This document shows, in pieces, positions 1-24,684 of a stretch of DNA of 64,000 nt (its first letter is position 1; every line of letters begins with the position of its first letter). Position numbers and translations under genes: made by a program. The notes beneath the pieces were generated by a model. That model saw only the letters and a list, made by a program, of their open reading frames with translations, was not told where the DNA came from and did not search any database. Source of the stretch: the human T2T-CHM13v2.0 reference genome, Homo sapiens; NCBI RefSeq assembly GCF_009914755.1, contig NC_060925.1, one strand, 5' to 3'.

Positions 1-62
1 GGATGTGCTATTTTGTACATTCTATAACCTCGTGCTCTGTCACGTTTGTATCTCACCATCAA

Positions 63-233
63 ATTGCAGTTTTGCCCCTAGTTTTGCCCATGGGCATCCT
101 AAACAAGTTAATTTATGCAACTGTTTCAAAAATGAGGCTGTATATAAATGTGATGAAGGCTACACTGTGATCGGACAGGTGAAACTCACCTGCATTTCTT
201 CCTGCTGGTCATCTCCAGCCCCTCAATGTAAAA
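63..233 (+). pseudogene. C4BPA-like unit 1: CCP7-like Sushi exon (open frame, acceptor AG apparently mutated to AA)
   Basis: Translates as CSFAPSFAHGHPKQ...VYKCDEGYTVIGQVKLTCISSCWSSPAPQCK, with 4 canonical Cys and Trp. It matches C4BPA CCP7 (CNFPPKIAHGHYKQ...[30 protein letters not shown], recalled). Phase-1 donor gtaact at 234. The 5' boundary aligns with the caag acceptor of unit 2 but reads catcaa. Confidence 0.9.
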
Positions 234-424
234 GTAACTCCAGCTCCCTTTTCAGTCCATGACTACGTGGGTGGAACTGTCATTAGAGCACTGAGAGCAA
301 AGTTTCTCCTCTGCTAGAGGCAGCACAAAAACATTCTATTTGATTTATTTTAAATAATTAATATATGGAGATGATACCCAATGCAAAAACTACAAAGGAC
401 ATCCAGCACCTATATTTCATTTAG

Positions 425-681
425 GAGTCCCTGAGCAAGCACTCCCAGGCAGAAAACTCATGCAGTGTCTCCCAAACCCAGACAATGTGAAAATGGCGCT
501 GGAGGTGTATAAGCTGTCTCCAGAGATTGACCTACTGGAACTAGAGATACAAGGGAAGATGATCCACTCTGGAAAAATAACTATAATTTTTCCCAAAAGA
601 GGGAAAAAAAGATGCCTTGTGGCCTTGTTGCTTTCATTCAATATGGATCACTTCTGTTTTGCATCTCTACCATACCTTTAG
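425..681 (+). pseudogene. C4BPA-like unit 1: terminal oligomerisation-domain exon
   Basis: Acceptor tttcatttag ends at 424. EQALPGRKLMQCLPNPDNVKMALEVYKLSPEIDLLEL matches the C4BPA tail EQVLTGKRLMQCLPNPEDVKMALEVYKLSLEIEQLEL. The ancestral end (tccactctggaaaaataactataa) is visible out of frame near 563-586. Belongs to the C4BPAP pseudogene family; the exact symbol cannot be assigned from this window. Confidence 0.9.
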
Positions 682-1109
682 CTCCAATTTCATGGTGATT
701 AATATTCACATATCAGAACTACTTTGTCTTTGTAATCATTTAAGAGCCCAGCAAATGAGAGTCCTAAAAAACCCACTTCATAAGTTAATACTTTTATTTT
801 ACTGTGTAGACCTTAGAAGTGCATACTTGGCTTTCCACCAATATGTGTCCCTGGACTGCCTTTACTCCACAGTTCCATGTGTGCACACCTCTCAGGTCCT
901 CTATGTTCAGACTAAACATCAACACACCCTCAAAGACTCTTCCAATCTTTCTATTTGAGGGAGGCATGCCCTCCCCTGAACTCTTGTGCATGTTGCCTCT
1001 TTCATTCATGCCACATCTCAACTGTTGCCTTCCATGAAGGGGATTTTCATTTGTGTTTGACCTCCTTGTTTCAACTCCAAAGAAGGAACTCTAAAATAGG
1101 GATGAATAT

Positions 1110-1244
1110 TGTCGTGGGTTGCAACTGGCTGGGGCCAGCCTTGCAGGTGGTAAACAAACTTACCAAGACAGTCTTAGGTGAAGAAAGGCAGGTTTATTAC
1201 AAAAAATATTAAAATACGAAGATATGTTGCAAGAGAGCAACGGG
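1110..1244 (-). mobile_element. ERV LTR fragment truncated by L1
   Basis: Starts tgtcgtgggttgcaactggctggggcc and contains tttatt (antisense polyA signal), typical of an antisense LTR end. Stops abruptly at the L1 5' end. Confidence 0.45.
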
Positions 1245-7393
<6,149 letters not shown>

Positions 7394-8274
7394 TAAATAT
7401 GCAACGACAGGTGAATGGATAAGCAAATTGTTTTGTATCCATACTAGAGAATGGCTGATTTTAATGTATGTGATGCCAATGAGTTTGCAGGATTCCTAAA
7501 CATTTGAAAATTGGCTTTCTGTGAGCTGGTATATGCTGACTGTAGCACACCACTGGATATAAATAATGTATATATGAAAAAAAAAAAAGAGCAATGGGCA
7601 GTGCAGCTGAGAGAAGGCTGTCTGCCAAGAGGCAGGGGCTGGAGAGAAGTTCTACAGGGTCATGCTGGAGGGGCTATGTGTGGAATGAGGTATTTGGGAA
7701 TAGGATGTTGTGCCAGATAGTGGTTTGTGGCTAGAATTTCTCAGAAGAATTGCTCTTCCCCACCCCAGGGCCCCCTCCTCATTGTTGCTAACCTATCTTC
7801 TCAGGACTCCACAAAGATGAAGCCCACATGTCAGTCCTAAGCATATTCCCAAGGCTTCCATCTGATTTAGTCACTGTTCCTTAATATTAAAATGGCTTGA
7901 GCAACTGTCATACACGTGAGGAGAAACCCTGTATCAATCCTTATGTCTCTCAGTACTCTGGCGTCTATTCCTTCGAGTCATCACTTTTTCTGACTGTTGC
8001 TTCCTGTGAAGTCTCTTTCTCATTCTTATCTCAGCTTCTCTGGCTGTCTCTTCTCTCTCTGTACATAGAACTCCATGGGGGAATACCAGCCTCTTTGACT
8101 TGATTTCTGCAAACACACTCCATGGAGGCAATGGTGTATGACAGGCTATCATTGAACCTCAGCTATAACAGAGGGGCTTGAACTGTTAGAGAAGCCCACT
8201 TAACATTGAAGCTGTCTGTTTATGGTCTTGAAAGCCATTGCCTGCTCCATCTGCTAGGAATTTTTTTTGTTGTT

Positions 8275-9092
8275 GATATTTATTTCGGGTTCCCCTGAGA
8301 CAAGGATTTGTGAGCAACTGGTTTCCTTGGAAGGGGGTCTCAGAAAGTACTGATGGGCAGTAAGATGGGAAAGGAAGGAAAGCAAAAGAGGAAACATTGT
8401 TGAGGAGGTTCTCGTACTGCTAAGAGGGGCTCAAGCATGCTGAGAACCCGCTGAGAGCTGGTGGCACACTCAACTCTGAGTTGTTCTCCTCAGGATGAAG
8501 ACCTGGGTATATATCTACCTATTCTCTTCCCTCACTGGTGAAGTCTTGCTCTAGCAGCAATGGCTCCCAGACATGAGGGATCCACACTATTGGTTCGTTG
8601 AGCAGGCTCAGAGGATGGGGATCATGGTTAGGCAGACAGACATGGGTAGCCAGTGGCTCCTAATGGGCTGTCTATAGCAACCTCCAGAGTAGGCCAAGGG
8701 CACAAAGGTAGGGAAAAGATGGTCTCTTCTACAGTTGCCTTTTCTGTGTGGTCCTATCTGTTGACAAGTTGTTCTAGTCTTCCACTCTCTCCCTACTCAT
8801 ATCTCTCACTTCCCTTTGCCAGATCCCTGAAACATTGTGTTTTTCATTGCCTCTAATACAATTGTAAAATTAAATTGATATAATAGCTTTCACGATTTGA
8901 GGTCTGCTTCTGGGAGGTATTAATATCTTAGCATTTCTGGCCTTCTCTGTAAGAAGGCAGAGTAGCTGTCAATGGTTCTGGTAAGAGCCTGGTCTAAATG
9001 AAGCAGATTTGGGGAAGTTGGAAGTTGTCCAGAGTGTGCTGAAGTGGCAGGGCCCTAATGATATTAACAGGACATTGACAGGGTCTGCTACA
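8275..9092 (-). mobile_element. Old ERVL-class LTR fragments (LTR33/LTR16-like)
   Basis: Begins gggttcccctgagacaaggatttg and ends gacagggtctgctaca; resembles antisense ERVL LTRs. Confidence 0.45.
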
Positions 9093-9930
9093 CACTATAA
9101 TATACAATGGATGCCCCCAAGTCTGTAGGCTCACCTCCTTGCCCTGTCTTTGCTTCTTGGACTCAAGTTCTCCTCTTTCTTGACTTATTCATTCATTGTA
9201 CTGGAACACACCCTCCAGGAGCCACCTAAGAAATGATGCACAGGAAGTAAAATTTTGAGCTCCAACATATTTGAAACTGTCTTTATTCTCACACTTGGTT
9301 GATAATTTGGCTGAGTGTAGAAAATTGGGTTAAAAAAATTTTCTTTTAGAACTTTTAAACAGTATCTTTTTTTGTATTACAGTTTCCAATATTATAGTAG
9401 AAAAGCCAGAACCATTTTAATTCTTGATCATATAGGATGTTTTTATCCTTGTTTTTCTGTAGGGAAACTCATATTTTATTCTGAGAAATGTTGTTGGTAT
9501 AGTTTTTTTTGTCTTCTTTATATTTTTCTCTTATTTTTAGAGAAATCTTACTGGTCAGATATTGATCCTTTTTGTCAATCTAGTAATTTTCTTAAATTTT
9601 CTCTCTTTTTCCCATACATCATCTCTGTCTCATCCCTTCCCCACATTCTTTGGGGATCATTTCTTGATTTTGTATTTTAACCATTTTCAAAAATATTCCC
9701 TTCATTTAAAAAAGTATTCTGTTTTTTATGGATACAGTGCCTACCTATATTTCTCAGAGGATATTAATAATAGTTTCTATGGAAGTTCTATTCTGCTCTC
9801 TGCAAACTTCTGTTGATGATGGTTCTAGGTTATATATTCATTTTAAAGAGTGAGACCCATATCACTGATTATTTAAGTTCTATGTACATGGTGAGATTGG
9901 GCAGTGAACTACTTTTTTCTTATTGGCAGT

Positions 9931-10717
9931 TGTAGCAGAAACTGCTGATTGCTTCCCAGTATCCATTTCCCCTACTTGTTTAGGTAATACAACTACCCTC
10001 ACCCCTTTGAATATCAGCAGGGTATCCGCTGCTCTGTTAGATGCTCCCTCGGAGTAACCTCCCAATGTGCACAACTTCCTAGTTACTTTCTTAGGAAAGA
10101 AGTCACTTGCTTTCTTTTCTTTTCTTTTTTCTTTTTTTTTTTTGAGACGAGTCTCGCTGTGTCGCCCAGGCTGGAGTGCAGTGGCGCGATCTTGACTCAC
10201 TGAAACCTCTGCCTCCCGGATTCAAGCAGTTCTCTGCCTCAGCCTCCCGAGTGGCTGGGATTACAGGCGCCCACCACCACGCCCGGCTAATTTTTTTGTA
10301 TTTTTAGTAGAGATGGGGTTTCACCATCTTGGCCAGGCTGGTCTTGAACTCCTGACCTTGTGATCCACCCGCCTCGGCCTCCCAAAGTGCTGGGATTACA
10401 GGCGTGAGCCACTGCGCCCGGCCCCACTTGCTTTCCGCTTCCTCTTTCCCCCCGCGGTGAGCTGAAGTGCTGGCAAGAGTGATGGTGAGTCAGCCTCTGC
10501 CATTCTGAGGACAGTTCCTGCGGATGCTAGAGTAATGAAAGGGAAAGCATTTGGCCCTTGGATGACCTTGTCAACTTGGGTCAGAGCTCGTGACTGTTCT
10601 GAATGCACTTCCATCTCTGGACTGTCATATGAAAAAGAGATAAACTTCTGCCTTGTTAGCCGTTGTGTTTGAAGTGTGTTTGTTATAGCAGCTTAGCCTA
10701 TGCCCTAACAAATTCAG
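9931..10717 (+). mobile_element. MLT1-type MaLR LTR interrupted by an Alu
   Basis: Starts tgtagcagaaactgctgattgcttcccagtatccatttcccc and ends tgttatagcagcttagcc...aaattca, with an ataaac signal. Confidence 0.6.
10115..10423 (-). mobile_element. AluS (AluSg-like)
   Basis: Full antisense dimeric Alu with TSD cacttgctttc at 10104-10114 and 10425-10435. Confidence 0.95.
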
Positions 10718-12012
10718 AGGGATACCCAAATATCAGTTTTTACTGGTATCTCTTCTGTTCTGCCCAGTTTCTCTGGAGAATGATTCTCCAGTCTCCTGCC
10801 TGCTTATTTATTAACTTGAATTTCTATCGTGCAACAAAGAAGATTACTGCTTCTATTTTCCTGTGGAACTCCACTTCTCCCTCCACCTAGCACCCTGTTT
10901 CTGCTACAACGTTACTTTTGTATTGTCAACTTTAAAGCATTTACATTCTTTCTTGAAACAATTGTTCCTATTTCTAGAAGGCAGAGTCATCGCATTCATC
11001 AACTGCTTTTAGGTGACTTGTTTTTCCTTCTATTATGACTAGTTTATCTTTGTATTTGCCTCAGAGGTGTGTATACAGGATGTGCTTAATAATTATATCA
11101 TGGGCAAACAGTACATGAAATTATGTGAAATACTAACTTGGTACTAATACAGTCCAGCAGAAGGTCAATTACAAAATTTCTGCTGCCAAATATTCTTCTC
11201 TGACTATAGGGAAACAAACTGTAAGTATGTGATTCAATCTCTCTCCAGGCTTAAAAAAAGAGCCTAGGAAAAAGGAAGCTGCTTAACTAGAAACTTTCAG
11301 ATGAAAAATTATATGTGAATGGTGACTATGGGTTGAGCTGCCATTTTGTAATGTGGGAAATTAAGGTTCAGAAAAAGAATAAAGGTTTCCAATCCAGAAA
11401 TAGCCCTGTGAATAGCTATCAGTCCTGTGTTCACAAGACTTTTACCAAATTATCAATTTTCTAGACACTGATAATTTTAAGTTTAAAGATATGATAAATT
11501 CTTCCTCATTGTAAATATTAATATATAACCAATAATGGATATTTATACTGAAAAAAATTTTTCCAAATTTTATTTTTCCATTTTTTATGTCTACCTCAGT
11601 ACCCAGTAGAAGCTTAATAATTTCAAAAAGTTTAAATATATTAGTTTGTAACAATATTTATAACTTAAATGTGCTAAAATAAAAATGGAAAATCAAAGTC
11701 ATGTAAGAGAGATAAATTTCCCTAAATTTAAATTTATACAGTAATTGTAATTGAGTTTATTTTGAGTCAAATTAAAATGGGAACTATAATGTATCACATA
11801 TTTACATTGTTTGACAAAAATAAACATATCAGTTCTGCTTACAGGAGAAACATTTTTTCTTGTTTTGAAAATAGAAAGCAATTTTCTTGCATGAGTTATT
11901 TTACAAGGGACAGTGAATAACATAATATATAATGCCTTTAACTTCAGTTGATAAGTTCTTCAAAAAGCTAAATATATCAATCCCCTATAAAACTGAGATG
12001 ATGAGACATGTT

Positions 12013-18200
<6,188 letters not shown>

Positions 18201-18369
18201 GTAAAACTGATATAGTAAAGCATCAGTCAGCATTTATATTTTTGTAAAACATTCAGCTATTGAGATCCAGGCAGGTGTATACTGGATATCTAATTTTATA
18301 ACAAAGATAGACCCTGGAATACAGAGAGCAATGAATGAATAGTATCTCACTTAAACTAGAGGTCCCAAA

Positions 18370-19257
18370 ATTGTCTAGTTTTACATTTATGTCCATGAGC
18401 CATTTGAATTAATTTTTGTATGTGGTGAAAAGTAAGAGTCAAGAATCTTTTTTCCCTCTTATATGGACATCCAAGTGTTCTGGCATCATTTGTGGAAAAG
18501 ACTACCCTTTTTTATGGAATTACCATTGCAATTCATCTATAACCAAGTAACCATTTACGTATTGGTGTATTTCTCTAGTCTATTTTTTCCATTGACCTAT
18601 ATGTCCATTCCTATGCCAGTTTCAAAATGTCTTGACTATTGTGGCTTTATAATAAGCCTTCAAATCAGAAGTGTGAGTTCTTCAGCTTTTTTTTTTTTTT
18701 TTTTGCAAAATGTTTTGGTTTTCTAGGTCTTCGGCATATCCATGTACATTTTAGAAATAGCTTGTCAATTTCTATATAAATATCTACTGGGATTTGGATT
18801 AGAATGCTTTGACTCTGTAGATCAATTTGGGGAGAAGTGACTTAATAATATTGTATATAAATCCATGAACACGGCATATTACTCTATTTATTTTCTTTGA
18901 TTTTTTTCATGAATGTTTTGGAGTTTTCATCTGCCATGCACCATAAAAAGCTTTAATGTATGTCCATTTAAAAACTTTTTATTTTGAAATAATTATAGAT
19001 TCATAGAAAGTTATAAAAATAATATAGAGAAATCATATATATGTGTCTATATAATATATATACATATAATATATATAATACATACATATATAATATATAA
19101 TATATACATATATAATATATGTGTATATACAATATATACACATATATATGTGTATATATAATATATACACATATATATGTGTATATATAATATATACACA
19201 TATATATGTGTATATATAATATATACACATATATAATACATACATACACACACACAT

Positions 19258-19334
<77 letters not shown>

Positions 19335-20080
19335 CAGAGAAATCCCATGTACCCTTCACCCAGTTTCCTCTCTTTGGTTATATCTTATGAAACTATAATA
19401 TGATACCAAAACTAGAAAATTGACATTGGTTTAATATGTGCTTATGGTTCTATGCTATTTTATCACATGCATAGACTCATGTAACCACCACAGCAATCAA
19501 AATACAGAATTATTCCATCACCACAGAGATTCCCCCTTGAGCTACTACTTTAAAATCACACCTGGCCCTCTCCCCTGGCCCACCATTCCTAACTCTGGCA
19601 ATTAGTAATCTCTTCTCCCTCTCTATCATTTTGTCCTTTTGACAATGTTTTACAAATGAAATCACACAGCATGTGACCTTTTGAAATTTTATTTTCACCC
19701 AGCATATTGCCCTTATGATGGTAGTGCTTTTTAAATTTCAAGTTCCAATTGTTCGTTGCAAGTGTATAGGAATATAACTGATTTTTGTATATTGATCATG
19801 TATCTGTGGCCTTATTAAATTTTCTCATAAGTACTATTAGGTTTTCTATAAATTCTCTGGGATTTACTACATAAATGATCATGTTGTTTGCAAATAAAAG
19901 GTTTTATTTCTACTTTCCCAAACTGCATGCCTTTTATTTATTTTCCTGCTTTATTGCATGGGCTATATATTCCAATAAATGTATTGGTGAGAGTAGAGAT
20001 CCTTGCCTTGTTCCTAATCTTAAACATCTGTGTTTCAGCATAAAGTGATATTATTTGTAGATTTTCTGCATGGGGTTTCT
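18370..20080 (-). mobile_element. Old L1M (L1MB/MC/ME-type) fragments
   Basis: Antisense L1 ORF2/3' motifs, e.g. tgtagatcaatttggggagaagtgac and tgatttttgtatattgatc. Confidence 0.7.
19035..19331. repeat. Compound (TA)n/(CA)n microsatellite with a short internal TATATG-type repeat
   Basis: About 300 bp of AT/AC alternation, including recurring acacatatatatgtgtatatataatatat units and a pure (TA) run. Confidence 0.95.
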
Positions 20081-20089
20081 TACCTCAAT

Positions 20090-22640
20090 AGTTCTTTTTC
20101 TAAAGGTCAGGGAATTAATGTGAGTGTCCCACCAACTACTCTACATTGGGAACCATGGAAATGACCACCAGGTGGGCCATAGACACAGTGGAGATGGACA
20201 TGAACTATGAATCCTTTTTTGCCTGGCCCCTGTAGCTCCTACTTGAACTATCATACTTTCTGTTCCCAGGTACCACAGGTAGCTCAAATCCAACAAGTTT
20301 CTAAAAAGCACAGTGACCAATTACTTAAATCAATTACTGAAGTTTCCATTGCGGAAGGACCAGAGAATCACTACTATGTATACCTACTGTGGGGTTGCAC
20401 AGTGCTTCCTCATATGGACCTGTTCTCACTTACTGCTGAGGAAATTGTCAGAAAAAAAAAGGGCAATCAGCAAGATAAAAGGCAAGAGATCATGATTTTC
20501 TATTCTAAAAGATCTTAGAATCTTCTCTTCTAAGAGATCATGAGCCTGGAGTGGCCAGCCTCAGTCTTTGGATTGTTCATTCTTGATCTCTTTTTACATT
20601 AAGCAATCACCAGACTGGAGGGCCCTTGCCCTTAGGAACACCATATACTGTAGCCTTCTTCAAAGACTCCTACAGGTCAGGACATCCTCACCCTCCCAGG
20701 CTGCAATCCCACCTTGCTGCCCTAAATGCTTCACTCTTAAGGAGGCACTCACTCACAGTGTCATACAAGTGCAGAATCAGTACTTGCACAACCCTGAGAG
20801 CAAGTGCCTCCTTAAGTTTTGCATCCTAGGCACATTTTTTGAATCATGTCAGTCCTGACTATGCTGTCCAAAACAGGATTTTTCACCCACCTTTTGCTTC
20901 TGAAGATTAAGTAACTGCTATAAGCCCTGCTACTCTGGAATCTGTTATCCTCATTGCTATTGGGCAGGCAAATTTGGTAATAGCCCATCCTACCATAAGA
21001 CGCAGCCTACAGAGGGCCAGCCACTATTGAGTTTTGCAGTGATGTTGGTCCCTGTCATGGGTGCATTCCTTGTTGGCTTGTTAAATGGTACATCCTCAGG
21101 GTTCTCATGAAGAAAATAGCTGGTGGGTCTATGGCCTTATAAAATAGATAGTTCTAACAAAATCTAATTCTCTGACACTGTGATTTCTTCCGACTTAGTT
21201 TGCCATGGCAGTTCTGGCATCTCTATCCCATTTAATATTGACCATCATTTTTCTTAAGCATCATATTAGAACTGACTCCCAGGGCACTTCCCAAGGTGTT
21301 AAATCCTGTGATATGGGAGGTTGCCCCTATGCTGATAAACTCTACCTTATCTAGCTTTAGGATCCACTCCCAGGCATACTCTCCCAGTTCCTCAGGATCC
21401 ATGCCCAGGAATAATCTCCCTGTTCCTGGCAACACATGCTAGCTAGATCCCATGGCTCCTGGGTTTAATTTCTCTCTTCTTTTAGCAGGGACAGCACTTT
21501 CTCAGTCAGTTCACACTGAGATTTGACCCCAGCTATTGGCCTGGTGACTAGTGATAAGGTGGGGACAGATCTTGAGGAGGGCAATTATGGCCTTATATAG
21601 CACCTGCTTAATTTGATCCTCTGCATAGTGTATAAGCATGGGGAAAGGACACTATTATAACAAGGTAAAATGGGCCAATTATCCATCAATTAGACAGTAG
21701 GAATAAGGTTTTTATTTGAAATATACTGCACAGTGTGGTGAATATAGTAAATAATAATGTAGTGTATATAAGGGCCCTGAGTTTCAGTAGGAGACTTGGA
21801 AAGGCTAAGAATTCATCCTTTGTTGAGGTCCTGCTGTTCTTTTTAGGTAAGGTCCTGAGCCTGGTCCTCAGCATAATTAACCCTCAGCTACCTGAGATAA
21901 GAGTTTCTTTTGATAGTAACAAGGAGACCTTCTGGCTTTCACTCTTGTATTTGCATTGTGATTGATTGCTTTGTGCCTTCATTTTCAGTTAAGGGGTGCT
22001 ACTCAGCCACCCAATTTCACAATCCCTATTATTGCCATTTCCATCCTACCTCTCAAATGCCAGAGACATGGCACAAGCCAGTGCATCTTCCCCATCTATG
22101 TTCCATGACAGCTCACCGGGTAAAAATGTGAATAGTTGCCCTGCTACAGCAAACGGGGCTATCGATACCCCACCTTTTACAAGTGATGGGGTCTTGATTG
22201 CCAGTTGGCTGGTGGGTGATACAATTCAAGAATCCCATCCTTAGAGTCTGCTTCCTAGTTCCAGGTGCATGTGAATTTTTAAGAATGTGCCCTTCAGGAA
22301 GAAAAATAAAATTTAAAGAAATGAAGCAGCCAAATAGGGAGGGGAAAGAACTGAGCAAGAACATGTTCACAGGAAATGCATAGCCTACACCAAATCAACA
22401 GGGGCTTGAGTACAAATTGCATCACAGGGTCATACAGACTTGAGTCAAGGGATTAGGGCTCTTGTACCCCAATACCAGTACGACATTGGTTGCTTCTTGG
22501 GGGGTGGGGCATAACTTCCTTGGTACATCAGGATTACATGGCTGCTATTATAACAAGGCATTCTCTGCAGAATGTCACAGGTATAACCCCTTAACTGCAG
22601 CACCAGCAGCAACTGGAGGGTGAGCATATCACTGGGTAAA
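20090..22640 (-). mobile_element. ERVL-class proviral remnant (gag-like internal region plus LTR)
   Basis: The minus-strand ORF 21232-21435 (ELGEYAWEWILKLDKVEFISIG) resembles ERV-L gag (GEYVWEWILRV...LDQAEFIDMG, recalled). An LTR-like segment lies at about 22230-22640. Confidence 0.6.
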
Positions 22641-22719
22641 ACCCAACTGTGTTCATTTACTCCCAAGTGGCCCAGTCAGCAGACTCACAGGTAGTCATTT
22701 TGGCCAATGAGTGAAAATT

Positions 22720-22930
22720 ATTTTGGTATAATGAAAAATCTTGGATTTTGGAATCATTCTTGGGCAGAATTTGGCTTAGTCACTAAAATATCTGAGAGAT
22801 TTAGGGCAGCTTACATAATCTAGCTGAACCTGTCTCCTCATCTATGCAATGAGGAAGATTAGAGCCATGTCACAGGGTTGTTTGAGATCAATTATGATAA
22901 TTTATGTAAAGTTCTGGTACATCTCATGCT
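22720..22930 (+). mobile_element. MIR SINE
   Basis: MIR core motifs ttagggcagcttacataatc...ctcatctatgcaatgagg...cacagggttgtttgag. Confidence 0.65.
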
Positions 22931-22961
22931 CAAAAATTAAAGCCAGGTTAACAAACCTTCT

Positions 22962-22975
22962 GGTTAATCATTTAA
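22962..22975 (+). promoter_or_regulatory. Candidate HNF1 site upstream of unit 2
   Basis: ggttaatcatttaa approximates the GTTAATNATTAAC consensus and lies about 1.7 kb upstream of the signal-like exon. Confidence 0.3.
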
Positions 22976-23283
<308 letters not shown>

Positions 23284-24586
23284 AAACTACTTTACTGTGT
23301 TCCTCTTTCTAAAGGAAGAAACCACTTAGTGGATTTGTTTTCTTTTCTCTCTAGAAAGTTGAGATTTAACTGTGCTTTCATCAATATTCCAAAGACGTTT
23401 GCTCAGTTATATTTGGTAGTTCTATTTATTTTTGAGAGATAAGCATTTTGGCTATTATTGGTATGTAGTAGTCATTCCAACTTAACTGGGTAATGAAGAC
23501 CACTTTGGGACAAATTCCAGAATTTACTCTCTTGTTCGAACAGCAATCTTTGTCTCTTACAGGAACAGAAACCCACGGCTGGTGGGCAAAAGATACAACT
23601 CAGATTGGTGGTTTTGTCTGTCTCACTTTAAGAGACTAAATTTAGGAAATGGTCTGGGTGAATAGCTAGGTAGTTGCAGATAGCTAAGAGAAATTTTGTC
23701 CTGTGGTTATCTTCCCGTGAAGAATAACAAATGTGCCTTTCAAAAACATATCTTTTGTTGCTTACAGGCAAAATGCTGGGTTTCACTCTGAACAAGCACC
23801 ATTGAGATATTCTGTAAGTCACAATAAATCTTCCTTTCTTCCTAATTTATCATCCTCAAGCATTTAAATTTCAGGGCAAGCTTTTTCTGTGCTGCAAGCA
23901 CAAACTAGAATAGTTTTCAGAGTAAGATAGTATCACAGAGTGAATCATTTGGTACATCAGAAATTCCAGGAAGTAGGAAAACGAAGTTCCCACTTACATA
24001 TATTTCTTGTAAGAGTAATTATTGTTTGAACTAGATTCTTATTTTTAAAAGTAGAGACTTGTTTTACTCATTCTGGCTGGACTGTTTAGAAAAGTTTAAC
24101 TTTGCAAACTTTAAAAAAAAATGTTCATTCTTCTATGGGCAGTTTATCTGCCTCGGTGAGGATATTGCTTCCTGGACAGGAACTGCTTCTCAGCCTGGTC
24201 TTTCATGCTGCGACCTCTCCTTCCTGGAGACCCACCACTTACCCTGTGTGACAGGAGCTGCAGTCCTTTTGCCTTTTGCTCTTGTTCCCTCAGAGAAGAA
24301 TTATGCATATACCCACAAAGGGACTCATCACTGGCTCCGCCTGAACAGTGATAAAGTCTCAGGGAGATACATACAGAATCTCAGAGGGTGCCCCAGACTC
24401 TTCTCCCCAAGAAAGGGCCATATCAGCTCCCCTCTGTCAGAACTGTGCTCAGCATCTGGTCTACCAGTCACACTCCTTGCCCCTCCCTTTCAGTGACCCA
24501 TTGTTGGGACTTTGCCAAGGCTGAACTCCTTGGCATAGGCATATTTCAATGGTTACTTAGAGAACTTTTCTTCCTCTTGATTCAAG

Positions 24587-24684
24587 GTATCGCAGAAGGC
24601 GGAGCCCCATTGTGTCCCCTCTGAGACTCTGCCATGTCCCTCAAGTTGCAGAGCATTTTCCCAGCACTAGGCTGGGAAATATAG
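24587..24684 (+). pseudogene. Unit 2: ApoR-like signal-peptide exon remnant
   Basis: Pyrimidine tract and acceptor ttcaag end at 24586. gccATG at 24634 gives MSLKLQSIFPALGWEI*. The first 12 residues resemble the pig apolipoprotein R N-terminus MPPNLQRIFPAL (recalled). The hydrophobic core is missing. Confidence 0.6.

Noticed and set aside
63-681. Calling unit 1 the functional C4BPA gene or a definite ZP3R orthologue
   Set aside because: It differs substantially from C4BPA, lacks CCP8 and a valid acceptor, and its upstream exons are outside the window, so orthology cannot be fixed.
19001-19359. Tyr/Ile-rich ORFs
   Set aside because: Translation artefacts of the TA/CA microsatellite.
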